Below are positions 1-8,314 of a DNA stretch of 20,000 nt, one piece after another; position 1 is the first letter of the stretch, and each line of letters opens with the position of its first letter. The stretch comes from an uncultured virus (IMG/VR IMGVR_UViG_3300047457_000394) (taxonomy: Duplodnaviria > Heunggongvirae > Uroviricota > Caudoviricetes), in IMG/VR virus record IMGVR_UViG_3300047457_000394, one strand, 5' to 3'. Made by a program: the position numbers and the translations under genes. The notes under the pieces are model-generated. The model saw only the letters and a program-made list of their open reading frames with translations. It ran no database searches and was not told where the DNA came from.

Positions 1-175
1 GCGCTGACCGTACGCTGCGTAGTTGCTTGTTGACCAGTCCGAGATCAGCGCTTGTCTTGATGAACACCGAGTCACCGATGTTCATCGCCTCCCAATGAAT
101 CCAATACTTCACCCCGAACAGGTTCAGGCACCGTATCAGGTCCGGCAGGGGTTCGATCAGGTTGGGTGGCTTCAC
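1..175 (-). CDS. Hypothetical phage protein, partial (runs off the left edge), overlapping the primase 3' end; start uncertain
   Basis: Open frame from GTG at 175: VKPPNLIEPLPDLIRCLNLFGVKYWIHWEAMNIGDSVFIKTSADLGLVNKQLRSVRSA, no stop to base 1. Not in the ORF track. The primase tail it overlaps looks like unstructured filler. Confidence 0.45.
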   Translation of the reverse strand, partial: MKPPNLIEPLPDLIRCLNLFGVKYWIHWEAMNIGDSVFIKTSADLGLVNKQLRSVRSA

Positions 176-3035
176 CAGCGTCGTCTCGAAGCTGGCTTGT
201 AAAGTTGCTAGTTGTGACTCCAAGTTCTTCGGCAATGAAGCAGTATGACCGGGTGACTCCGGCTTCAAAACCAAGAATGGCTCCAGCTCCGATTCGCTTT
301 GAGGTGGCGAGTCCTCCATGTTTCATCATCCCTCGTTCATTCCACTCCTTGATAGCCTGACGAAAGTCAACCTGCCGCTCAGTTAAAAACTCTCTAAGCA
401 CATTACCGGGTACCCACAGCTCACCCGTGTCGGGTTCGAATCGCATGCGAAGCTCCATGCGTGGTGTCTGTAGCGCAGCCGGTGGGATGCCATTGATCTT
501 ATTGACGTTGATGACCAGTGCGTTAGTCAAATTCTGGTTGATGAATGTTGAGAGCACATCATCCGTCACAGCACCGAAGTCCGATGCGGGCAGCAGAATT
601 TCACGACGTATGGTGGCGACCTGTTCAACGGCGTAGCGGTACACCGGTGCGATCGGTATGCTGTGTAGGCTCAGTGTGCTAGCGATCATCCCACCTGCGA
701 TGATGCAGGACAGCACGTGTGAATAGAACCGATCAGACTGGTCTAGGTCAAGGTCTGCGTCCAGGCGCTTCTGAGTGTCGCTGATAAGCTTGCGAACACT
801 CTCCATGTTGTTCATGACGTACTGGATAAAGATCGGACCTGCGAGTCCGTAGTTGTGCTGCAGCTCACTAAATACCGCATCTGTTGTTGCCTTCGGTATG
901 TTCAGCGGGCGCAGTACACGCAGCTCAATCAAACGACGTAGCTCGCCATCGGCGGTGTTCTTGAGCCGGATGAGTTTGTCGTACAGCGATGAGTTGCTGG
1001 ACATGATGAGGAACGTAGACCACGAGGCTGTGTTGACTCGCAGGCGGTTGCTCTGAGACTCCATGCGGTTCCTGCCACGACCTTGCGGGATGTCATAAAC
1101 AAGCTCTGACAACGCCTCATCAGACATGTTGGTCACTTCATCCATCGTGGCGGCAATCGTGTTGAGCATGCCTAGCCACTGCATCTTGGCTAACGTCGTA
1201 TCGTTCTTACGCATGAGCAACCCGTTGGGATGCCCGAAGATGCTGTTGACGACCATCTGCACAGTGGTCTTGCCGGTGCCCGACTTGTTGCTCATCAAGT
1301 TGATAGCAGCACCGCGAATCTCTACACCACCTACCAACTTCAACAGAGGAGCACCGAACCCAGCGAACACCGCCAACGCATGCGCTTCCATGCCGCTTTG
1401 AGAATAGAAGTTAACGATGTTCTTCCAGCTTTCCAAAGTGCCACGCGAAGTAAGAAGCGAAGAGACTTCACGCACTGCAGTAGATGATGGTGCGAGTGTG
1501 GCACCCGATGCTGTGTACTCAAGCTCACCCACTACAAACCCATCAAGGTCTTTGGTCCAGCCCATCTGATTGCGCGTACGGTTTGCAGCCCCACGCTGCT
1601 GCAGTTTCTTAAACGACGCTGCAAAATACGCCATGATGTCATCTACCTTTTTATTGACCACCGCCACGCCCTGCTTGAGCAGCGCGTCACGTAGCTTCTC
1701 TTTCACTAACAGAACATAAACCGGCACAATGATGCGCCGCACACCATCGTGGGGCGAGTGGATATTGATACCCACCATCTCACCGTCCCCTGTGCCGGAG
1801 TCGTCGTAGTCATAGAACCGGTCTGTTAGATAGAGGTCATAAGGGTAGATTTCAGTCTCGTGTGGGTCGCCATCCTCATCTTTGGTACGTTTAAACACAC
1901 CGCCTGTCGTTGGGCGGAAATAGGGCGCAGGGTAGATTGGTATAGCAACGGTTACCGGTGTGTTGTTGGTCTCAGTATTCGTAGGCTCTGGCACAGCCTC
2001 AACAACATAAGTGTCATCTGTCACCGGCGCTTCTTCAATCTTGATGCCCAACTGTATAGGGCTTGTGATCTTATGAGCGCACCCCTCACATGCCGAGGGA
2101 TTATTCATGCGGTACCACTCGCACGTCATGGGGCCAAGAGTTTTCTCAGCCTTAGCGATAGTGTCCTCGGGCGTGTACTCTGGGTGTGGCTTACTGAGCG
2201 TATGCACACTCTCTTCGGCGTCAACACAACGCCACGCAATCGATAGCGCCGCCCGCCACAGCGGCTCCGGCAGTGCTGCTGCCTCTTTAACAGCGTGTGC
2301 AATCTGAGCGCACCCCGTGCCCTTGAGGCTTCGACGTACTAAGCGAGCAAACGATGTAGGGGGGAAGTCGGCTTGCGCATGCTGCCGCGTGAAGTCATCC
2401 ATGCCAAACTGTTTGGCTTCGCTAAGATCGATCTCAGGCTCAGGCAGTTGCGGCTCAATGTCCGACAGATCGAACGACCGCACGGTACCGAAGAGCTTCA
2501 CCGCAAGGGGTGGTGTCGATTTGAAGTTATGTGTGTCCGGCATCCGCAGGACCCGTGCCGCATCAGCAGGTACGGCGGTATCGATCTCAAGGCCGTTATC
2601 CAAACACAACTTCTTAAAGCGCTTCGCAAGCTTGCGCCACTCACCGGCAGGTATAGCATCGTTCAACGGCCAATAGGCATGCAGCCCGCGCCCCGAGGAT
2701 ACAACGACCGGCAGTGGTATGTCTGCGTTAATACAGAACTTTTTCAGCGCGTCGTACGCATCAGCCTGCACTGCGTAGGGCTTACCTTCGCCGCAGTCAA
2801 GGTCAAGGAAAAACGCACGGAGATACGCAGCGTTCTCTGCGGAGCGCGTTGTAGGCTCGTTGAATGACGCTAACGCAAAGTATGCGTTTATGTTTGATCG
2901 ATTGAGTTCGTCCCCACGTTCAATAACCTCCTCGATTGTGTTATGGAATGTTTGCTTGACCGCTTTGTCATTGATCCCTACAACGCAGTAAGGCCCAACG
3001 GGCGGCAGAATGGCTTCATAGAATTGTGTACTCAC
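72..3035 (-). CDS. Primase-helicase: N-terminal AEP/RepB-like primase, Cys-rich domain, DUF927-type domain with P-loop NTPase
   Basis: AEP motifs FFLDLDCG, VVSSGRGLHAYW, RVLRMPDTHN; Cys cluster (C..., TC...CEGC); Walker A SGTGKTT and Walker B TMDE. GTG at 3035 is preferred over the track start 3059, which lies inside the structured leader. Confidence 0.88.
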   Translation of the reverse strand: MSTQFYEAILPPVGPYCVVGINDKAVKQTFHNTIEEVIERGDELNRSNINAYFALASFNEPTTRSAENAAYLRAFFLDLDCGEGKPYAVQADAYDALKKFCINADIPLPVVVSSGRGLHAYWPLNDAIPAGEWRKLAKRFKKLCLDNGLEIDTAVPADAARVLRMPDTHNFKSTPPLAVKLFGTVRSFDLSDIEPQLPEPEIDLSEAKQFGMDDFTRQHAQADFPPTSFARLVRRSLKGTGCAQIAHAVKEAAALPEPLWRAALSIAWRCVDAEESVHTLSKPHPEYTPEDTIAKAEKTLGPMTCEWYRMNNPSACEGCAHKITSPIQLGIKIEEAPVTDDTYVVEAVPEPTNTETNNTPVTVAIPIYPAPYFRPTTGGVFKRTKDEDGDPHETEIYPYDLYLTDRFYDYDDSGTGDGEMVGINIHSPHDGVRRIIVPVYVLLVKEKLRDALLKQGVAVVNKKVDDIMAYFAASFKKLQQRGAANRTRNQMGWTKDLDGFVVGELEYTASGATLAPSSTAVREVSSLLTSRGTLESWKNIVNFYSQSGMEAHALAVFAGFGAPLLKLVGGVEIRGAAINLMSNKSGTGKTTVQMVVNSIFGHPNGLLMRKNDTTLAKMQWLGMLNTIAATMDEVTNMSDEALSELVYDIPQGRGRNRMESQSNRLRVNTASWSTFLIMSSNSSLYDKLIRLKNTADGELRRLIELRVLRPLNIPKATTDAVFSELQHNYGLAGPIFIQYVMNNMESVRKLISDTQKRLDADLDLDQSDRFYSHVLSCIIAGGMIASTLSLHSIPIAPVYRYAVEQVATIRREILLPASDFGAVTDDVLSTFINQNLTNALVINVNKINGIPPAALQTPRMELRMRFEPDTGELWVPGNVLREFLTERQVDFRQAIKEWNERGMMKHGGLATSKRIGAGAILGFEAGVTRSYCFIAEELGVTTSNFTSQLRDDAGEATQPDRTPAGPDTVPEPVRGEVLDSLGGDEHR

Positions 3036-3039
3036 AGTG

Positions 3040-3126
3040 CCCCACGGTGATTGGCACACGGGTAAAAAGGCGGGGCAGCAGCCCGTGGTCTGCTGTGTCA
3101 GGGAGGGATCAGCCCCCTCAAGCCCC
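3040..3126 (-). promoter_or_regulatory. Structured leader/attenuator-like element upstream of the primase gene
   Basis: Minus-strand helices GGGG/CCCC (3126-3123 with 3075-3072), GAGGGG/UCCCUC (3119-3103) and CAGCAG/CUGCUG (3095-3076), then U5 (3068-3064). The loop CCACGGG is complementary to 3062-3057 and 3047-3042. Confidence 0.5.
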
Positions 3127-3134
3127 TGGGGTCG

Positions 3135-3392
3135 CTATACTACGCCAACAGTTCTGTAGCGTTCAAGTAGCACCTTGATCTGCGTCTCCATCGAACTACG
3201 CGGTTTGAAGCGCCCAGTGAACCATGAGTACACCGAGTGCCGCGCTACACCAAGGTCTTTAGCTACTTTAGTCGCTGGGATGTTGTGCTCAATGCAGAAC
3301 AGCCCCAGCTGCACCCCTGGCAAGTTCGGGTCTGCGTTACGTATGGCAGTGACCATAACGTATGAGTATCCCCGTGCATCATTCTTCATCAT
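3135..3392 (-). CDS. Cro/XRE-like helix-turn-helix protein
   Basis: ATKVAKDLGVARHSVYSWFTGRFKP is an HTH pattern; GGAG SD upstream of the ATG ATG at 3392/3389. Confidence 0.75.
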   Translation of the reverse strand: MMKNDARGYSYVMVTAIRNADPNLPGVQLGLFCIEHNIPATKVAKDLGVARHSVYSWFTGRFKPRSSMETQIKVLLERYRTVGVV

Positions 3393-4266
3393 CAGAACTC
3401 CACTGAGCCAGCACATCCTTCACGTCCTTGGGGGCCGCAGCAGGCTCAGCCTTTTTGCTCTCACGCTTGGCTGGTGCAGGCGCAGGTGCTTCGACCACTG
3501 CAGCCGTAGCTTCGGGCGTAAAGCTTTCAGGTAGTGCCGGTACGTTTGCCGCTACGTTGGTTGTGCTGAACTTCGTCTCAATCGCACGTTGGGCATCCTC
3601 AGTCTTGCCTTGCTGCCGAGACATCTCCCACTCGGGCTTCGTCAATGGACGCACTGCACGGAACTTCAACACCGGCACAGACTCACTGGTATCGAAGCGA
3701 GCTTCCGTCACAACGCCGCCCATGGGGATGCCGTGGCCTGACAAGAACTTTGCGTACGCTTGGAAAGGCATCTTCTCGCCCTCGGGCTTGCCGAAGTATG
3801 ACTTCGACGGAAGCTTCAAGCGATACACGTTGCCTTGCATGTCACCCTCAAGCACCACAGCGGTGTTCAAAAAGAACCGGCATGCACGGGACTTGCCTTC
3901 ACCAGAGCCTTCGATGTTCTGAGGACACGTGGCACATGCCGAGGACTGCGGGTTTTTGATCGACGCATCAGGTGTCTTGCTATCTGCAGACCAGCAGTCA
4001 GGTGCCGTGGCTTGGCCTTTGACATAGCTACCCGCGTAGTACGCACGAGATACGCTAGGGGCAGCGTTAACAACTACAAAGTTCATAGCGCGATCTTCGT
4101 TCTTGGCGATCTCCTCGCCACCCACGATCATGCGCCACACACCACCATCGATCGAGATTGACTTGCCTTGCGGGGTGCCAGCTAGACGGCGCGTGAAGTC
4201 GTCCTCATCAGAACGCAGATAGTCAGGCAGGGCAGCACCAGATTTGAATAGAGTGATCTCAGACAT
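3379..4266 (-). CDS. Putative ssDNA-binding/recombination protein
   Basis: 295 aa from MSEITLF (AAGGA SD); CATCPQNIEGSG...RAC Cys motif; Ala/Pro-rich linker and acidic tail WSSDDEE, typical of phage SSBs; lies in the replication module. Confidence 0.55.
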   Translation of the reverse strand: MSEITLFKSGAALPDYLRSDEDDFTRRLAGTPQGKSISIDGGVWRMIVGGEEIAKNEDRAMNFVVVNAAPSVSRAYYAGSYVKGQATAPDCWSADSKTPDASIKNPQSSACATCPQNIEGSGEGKSRACRFFLNTAVVLEGDMQGNVYRLKLPSKSYFGKPEGEKMPFQAYAKFLSGHGIPMGGVVTEARFDTSESVPVLKFRAVRPLTKPEWEMSRQQGKTEDAQRAIETKFSTTNVAANVPALPESFTPEATAAVVEAPAPAPAKRESKKAEPAAAPKDVKDVLAQWSSDDEE

Positions 4267-4276
4267 TTCAGTTTCC

Positions 4277-4666
4277 TTACTTGGTTGCACGACGAATAAT
4301 GATGGAATACTTCGAATCAGCATTTAGACCTTGCGGTAGTTCTCCTGGGTTTTCAGTTAAGAATTGCTTCATGTGTGATTGATGGATTCGTTGCTCAAGC
4401 AGTTGGATCGCGTCGTGTTTTTTGATGAAGCCGTACATCGAGTCCCAGTCGTTGGTCCAGTACCGGGTCTTGACTGAACGGGAAAATGTGCCGTACACAG
4501 TCTTGCCACCATCTTGCCCGGTGGCTTTGCATATCTCTAAAAGAGCTTGTTCGATGGTCTCCATCTGCTCGTCGATCTCCCCCGCCTTCGCTTCGTACTC
4601 CCGCTTCAGTGCGTCCTTCGCGTCCCGCATCTTGATGTAGACGCTTACCAGTTTCGTTGCATCCAT
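4277..4666 (-). CDS. Conserved phage replication-module protein (N-terminal coiled coil), function unknown
   Basis: 129-aa ORF with AAAGGAGA SD; first gene after the promoter at 4696-4723. Confidence 0.75.
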   Translation of the reverse strand: MDATKLVSVYIKMRDAKDALKREYEAKAGEIDEQMETIEQALLEICKATGQDGGKTVYGTFSRSVKTRYWTNDWDSMYGFIKKHDAIQLLEQRIHQSHMKQFLTENPGELPQGLNADSKYSIIIRRATK

Positions 4667-4695
4667 TATGTTCTCCTTTGTGAAGTGAGATAGTC

Positions 4696-4723
4696 ATTTT
4701 ACACTGTTGATCAACCATGTCAA
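4696..4723 (-). promoter_or_regulatory. Sigma70-type promoter with a palindrome in the spacer
   Basis: TTGACA (4723-4718), 16-nt spacer, TAAAAT (4701-4696); spacer contains the perfect palindrome GTTGATCAAC (4706-4715); the -35 box overlaps the helicase stop codon. Confidence 0.7.
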
Positions 4724-6270
4724 GCAATTTCCTCTTCATAAAGCTGTACCAGCGCTTGGTGCATATCCAATTTCCCATCCAATAACGCGTAAATCCTTTT
4801 CTCCACAGGGCTCCCCTGCAGGCGTACAACCGTCACTGGGTTGCGCTGCCCCGCTCGGTGTGCTCGCGCATTACCTTGCATATACAGCTCCGCCGACGGC
4901 ACTGGCCCCCACCACACCACGGTGTCTGCCTTGGTCAACGTCACACCATGCGCCGCAGCTTGAGGGATCAGTAGGATCACCTTGGGGTCCGTCTCAGTCT
5001 GGAACTGTTTGATGAACGTCGCCCGCAGACTTCCTGGTGTGCCGCCGTGGATCGCTGCGTTAGTGATGCCGTCTTTCGATAGCAGCTCCGTTAGTCGCTC
5101 TAGCACGTGCCGGAAGGGGACGAACACAATCACTTTGTGCGTGGTGCCACGCACCACATCCAGCAGCTCGTTGTAACGGTTTGTGATATCGAACTCGATG
5201 ACTTCGCGCTCTGTAGAGTACGCGCTGCCTTGGGATACCTGCAGAAGTTTATTGAGTAGCCCTGCTGCGTTGACTGCGGTGATCTGTTCGCCCGCTGCGG
5301 TAGCCATCATGTTCTTGCGGATGACTTCGTAATACTGCAGTTGTTGTTTGGTCAGCGGCACATCGCGTGTGGTGTAGAGCATGTCCGGCAGGTCGAGGCA
5401 CTCCTCCTTGGTGAACCGGATGGCAGGCTGCAGCACACGATGGACAGTCTCCGCTGCAGAGGCTTTGGGTATCCATTTGAACTGCGTTACCTTGTACATC
5501 ACTTGATCACGAAACGCCCCGAAGAATCGTGGTACCGACGCCGGGTTGACGATCTTAGCTAGACCATACGCATCCACAGGCGACTGCGCAGCCGGGGTGC
5601 CAGTCATAAGCCATATGTATGTCTTGGGCAGCACCAGTGAGGCTAGTGCTTTCCATCGGTCTGTGGTTGCTGATTTAATCGCAGTCGCTTCGTCCACGAT
5701 GATGAGATCAAACTGTTGCTTAGCGAGCGCCTCGCGCACAACCTTAACGCCATCGAAGTTGATGATGGTGAAGTCATACCCGCCACGCACAATCTCTTCG
5801 CGTCTACGACGACTACCAACCGCAAGCGCCACCGTGCGGTGCATAACTGTCTTGAACAAATCTGACCGCCACGCCGTATCCATGATCGACACCGGGCACA
5901 CAATCAGCACCCGCTTGACAACCCCCACCGTCATGAGATAGTCCGCAGCCCACGCAGCGGCAGACGTTTTCCCGGTGCCTGCCTCGTTCAAACAGAAGCA
6001 ACGAGGGTGTGTGGCAAGGAACGCAGCAGTCGTACGTTGATGATCAAACGGGGTGTAGATACCGGGCCACTTGTAGCGCCCGAGGATAGGGTTAGGTACG
6101 TTCTTGATGCGCAGGTTGCGTAAGATTCGCGCTTCGTCAAACCCCCAGTGCACGAGGATTTCACCAACCTCGCCTTCCTTGCGCAGCAGCTTGCTCTTGG
6201 GTATGAGCTTTGTGATTTGCTCCGCCTTCTTGGTGCGGATGAGTAATGCCTTGTTGTCGATGATCTGCAC
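4720..6270 (-). CDS. SNF2-like SF2 helicase
   Basis: Motif I NEAGTGKT, motif II IIVDEAT, motif III MTGTP, motif VI QGNARAHRAGQ; GTG start with GGAG SD. Confidence 0.9.
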   Translation of the reverse strand: MQIIDNKALLIRTKKAEQITKLIPKSKLLRKEGEVGEILVHWGFDEARILRNLRIKNVPNPILGRYKWPGIYTPFDHQRTTAAFLATHPRCFCLNEAGTGKTSAAAWAADYLMTVGVVKRVLIVCPVSIMDTAWRSDLFKTVMHRTVALAVGSRRRREEIVRGGYDFTIINFDGVKVVREALAKQQFDLIIVDEATAIKSATTDRWKALASLVLPKTYIWLMTGTPAAQSPVDAYGLAKIVNPASVPRFFGAFRDQVMYKVTQFKWIPKASAAETVHRVLQPAIRFTKEECLDLPDMLYTTRDVPLTKQQLQYYEVIRKNMMATAAGEQITAVNAAGLLNKLLQVSQGSAYSTEREVIEFDITNRYNELLDVVRGTTHKVIVFVPFRHVLERLTELLSKDGITNAAIHGGTPGSLRATFIKQFQTETDPKVILLIPQAAAHGVTLTKADTVVWWGPVPSAELYMQGNARAHRAGQRNPVTVVRLQGSPVEKRIYALLDGKLDMHQALVQLYEEEIA

Positions 6271-6291
6271 AGACTCTCCAAATGTTTAATA

Positions 6292-6315
6292 GCCGAGGTG
6301 CGGTCTGCACTCGGC
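6292..6315. other. Hairpin between the terminator and the helicase RBS
   Basis: GCCGA-G-GTGC-GGTCT-GCAC-TCGGC inverted repeat with a 1-nt bulge. Confidence 0.5.
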
Positions 6316-6332
6316 GTTTGTTATGTGTCTCC

Positions 6333-6366
6333 AAAAAAGCGAGGTGACTGGGGGGAGTCACCTCGC
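6333..6366 (-). terminator. Intrinsic terminator
   Basis: Perfect 11-bp stem GCGAGGTGACT/AGTCACCTCGC with a C6 loop, followed by T6 on the minus strand. Confidence 0.85.
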
Positions 6367-6405
6367 AAACCAACTTCACAAGGAGAGTCCGGGGAGACGC
6401 CGGAC
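6333..6405 (-). ncRNA. Candidate ~73-nt small RNA with anti-SD motifs
   Basis: Bounded by a promoter (predicted +1 near 6405) and the terminator; 5' hairpin GUCCGG-CGUCUCC-CCGGAC, linker UCUCCUUGUGAAGUUGGUUU, then the terminator hairpin; no ORF. Confidence 0.6.
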
Positions 6406-6411
6406 CTCACA

Positions 6412-6440
6412 AGCCTACGTGGTCACACGTAGACTGTCAA
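6412..6440 (-). promoter_or_regulatory. Sigma70-type promoter with an overlapping palindrome
   Basis: TTGACA (6440-6435), 17-nt spacer, TAGGCT (6417-6412); inverted repeat CTACGTG-N4-CACGTAG (6415-6432) covers the spacer and part of the -10 box. Confidence 0.7.
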
Positions 6441-6692
6441 CTACTTCATGCCCGCTTTACGGGTTCTCGGGAAGCTACGGTTCGCACTCTTAGATACCGC
6501 GCGCAAGTTCCCCTTCGTAGTCCCACCGCCCTTGGCCATCGGCGTCACATGGTCAACGTCTTTACCATCGCCCTTACTGACTCGGCCTTCTTTCTCCAGC
6601 ATGCGCCGAGCTTTGTTACGTGCAGCGCGGTTAGCGATCTGCTCAGGCTTGCCTTGGTACGAGTCATACTCGTTGCGGTAGTTACGTGCCAT
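6441..6692 (-). CDS. Small HNH endonuclease-like protein
   Basis: DVDHVTPMAKGGG...NLRAVSKSANRS HNH pattern; AGGTG SD. Confidence 0.8.
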   Translation of the reverse strand: MARNYRNEYDSYQGKPEQIANRAARNKARRMLEKEGRVSKGDGKDVDHVTPMAKGGGTTKGNLRAVSKSANRSFPRTRKAGMK

Positions 6693-6695
6693 ACA

Positions 6696-7349
6696 TCACC
6701 TATGCTCACAAACGTCCTGTGAGACAGGACAAAATTTACACAGCCCACTGGGCGTGGCATTCCAAACATCGACCGCTACAGTATCCTCAATCGCTGCCGC
6801 ATGTCCTGCCCATCGAGATAAAATGTCCGGCATGTGCTCACGATAATACCGAGCTTGGATCACATCCCCCGGCACAAGGAAGAACAGCATCGCCTTTACC
6901 TTCAGCACACTGGGATGGTGCGCCATCGTCATAGCCGCCATGAGTTCTAACTGCGATGTATCTGCATAGCGACTCGATTTGCCTGTCTTCCAATCTGCTA
7001 ACCACGCGATCTCATTGTTGACCACCAGCAGGTCAGGGATACCTCGGAACCACACGTCCTTATCGAAGAACCCGCAAGGTGTGAAGTCCTTGCGAAGCCC
7101 CAACTTTTCTTCACAGAACCGTTGCCCAGGCATATCACGAATGCCTTCAAGCACCTCAGTGTGCCGTTGCAGATGTTCCGGTAGCTCCGTGCCGTCCTTG
7201 AGAAACTTCTCAATCGCTTCGTGCACAAGATTGCCGTATGTCGTAGCTTCGGTGGGTTGAGACTTAAACCGTTTGAGGATTCGAACCTGCTGGTACCGCC
7301 GTGCACAACCTTGGAAGTCTTTGATCGATGAGTGTGAGTGTATGAGCAT
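6696..7349 (-). CDS. PD-(D/E)XK exonuclease (Cas4/RecB-like, phage type)
   Basis: SHSSIKDFQGC N-terminus, GNLVHEAIE, RGIPDLL...ADWKTGK catalytic motif, C-terminal CKFCP...C. Start moved to ATG 7349, past the pol stop. Confidence 0.85.
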   Translation of the reverse strand: MLIHSHSSIKDFQGCARRYQQVRILKRFKSQPTEATTYGNLVHEAIEKFLKDGTELPEHLQRHTEVLEGIRDMPGQRFCEEKLGLRKDFTPCGFFDKDVWFRGIPDLLVVNNEIAWLADWKTGKSSRYADTSQLELMAAMTMAHHPSVLKVKAMLFFLVPGDVIQARYYREHMPDILSRWAGHAAAIEDTVAVDVWNATPSGLCKFCPVSQDVCEHR

Positions 7350-7363
7350 GATTGTGTTTACAT

Positions 7364-8314
7364 TTAGCAATCCCCGTATGATGCACCCCACCCTACCTCA
7401 CATGCAAGGGGGAGCGTTTTAGCCCACGCCGGTCGCCACGACATACATTCCTCAACATATTTCACGGCTTCTTCAACCTGCGCCTCGGGTGCGACACAGG
7501 CAACCGCATCATGGACAGTCAACACCACCTTGTACCGCTTGGCGATGCGCAGCATCTGCTCAGCCACGATGCACCGCGCGATCCCCTGGCAAAAATTCTC
7601 CACACTTTTGCCTCCGTATATGTCGATCACCTGCCCACGTGAGTCGTACACCCACCGCAAGGTGCCGTCATCCCGGCGCTCCTGCCGAAGCCCTGGGTAC
7701 TGAATGTGTGTACCGTTCGGAAGCGTAAGCCCCACGCCCGGCATAGCCTTCACGATATTCTGCCGGTCCACAACCATCGGCATATGCGCCGCCAGCATCG
7801 AGAGCGCAACGTCTGCAGTTTTCCATAGCTCAGGTATGCAGTAGTACGTCCGTCGATAGGTATCTACTATGCGCTTGGCTTCCGCATCGTCCACCACAAC
7901 GCCCGCACCCGTCTTCAGGAAGAGCTGTAGCTTCTTGTGCCCGACTCCATAACCACAACCTAACACAGTTGACTTTCCAATGAACCGTTGTTCTTTTGTT
8001 ATCTGGTCAGGCGCAACCCCGTAGATATGCGAAGCCATGATGCGATACACGTCTTGCTTTTGTTCAAACGCATCAACGAGGTCTTGCTGCCCCGCTAACC
8101 ACGCCAGCGTCCGCGCTTCGATCTGTGAGGAGTCTGAATCAATCACCACGTAACCGGGCGGCGCTTTGATAGCTTTCTTGATCTTGCCTGCGTTAGCTGT
8201 GCGTGATGGAAGGTTTTGAAGGTTAACCGAATCAGAGTTGTGTACCAATCTACCGTTAGCTACAAACCTATGCCTCGGCCCGCAGTTTTTGATGTCGTAT
8301 ACCGCAACCAACAT
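7364..8314 (-). CDS. DNA polymerase family A, C-terminal half, fused to a split-intein C-fragment
   Basis: SD AAAGGAGA and ATG 8314; 26-aa IntC then SDSVNLQNLP; motif A DSDSSQIEAR, motif B RFIGKSTVLGCGYG, motif C TVHDA. Confidence 0.92.
   Translation of the reverse strand: MLVAVYDIKNCGPRHRFVANGRLVHNSDSVNLQNLPSRTANAGKIKKAIKAPPGYVVIDSDSSQIEARTLAWLAGQQDLVDAFEQKQDVYRIMASHIYGVAPDQITKEQRFIGKSTVLGCGYGVGHKKLQLFLKTGAGVVVDDAEAKRIVDTYRRTYYCIPELWKTADVALSMLAAHMPMVVDRQNIVKAMPGVGLTLPNGTHIQYPGLRQERRDDGTLRWVYDSRGQVIDIYGGKSVENFCQGIARCIVAEQMLRIAKRYKVVLTVHDAVACVAPEAQVEEAVKYVEECMSWRPAWAKTLPLACEVGWGASYGDC
8237..8314 (-). mobile_element. Split intein C-fragment (IntC, 26 aa)
   Basis: MLVAVYDIKNCGPRHRFVANGRLVHN|S: block F VYDI, block G ending in HN, +1 Ser at 8236-8234. 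Confidence 0.9.

Noticed and set aside
3060..3134. Hammerhead or HDV-like ribozyme
   Set aside because: No CUGANGA/GAAA core, and I could not build the nested double pseudoknot by eye.
6367..6400. Plus-strand RBS (CACAAGGAGAG) for a rightward gene
   Set aside because: No start codon at usable spacing; the promoter and terminator both point leftward.
6696..7349. Cas4-like gene as a sign of CRISPR-Cas
   Set aside because: No repeat-spacer array or other cas genes; such nucleases are routine in phage replication modules.
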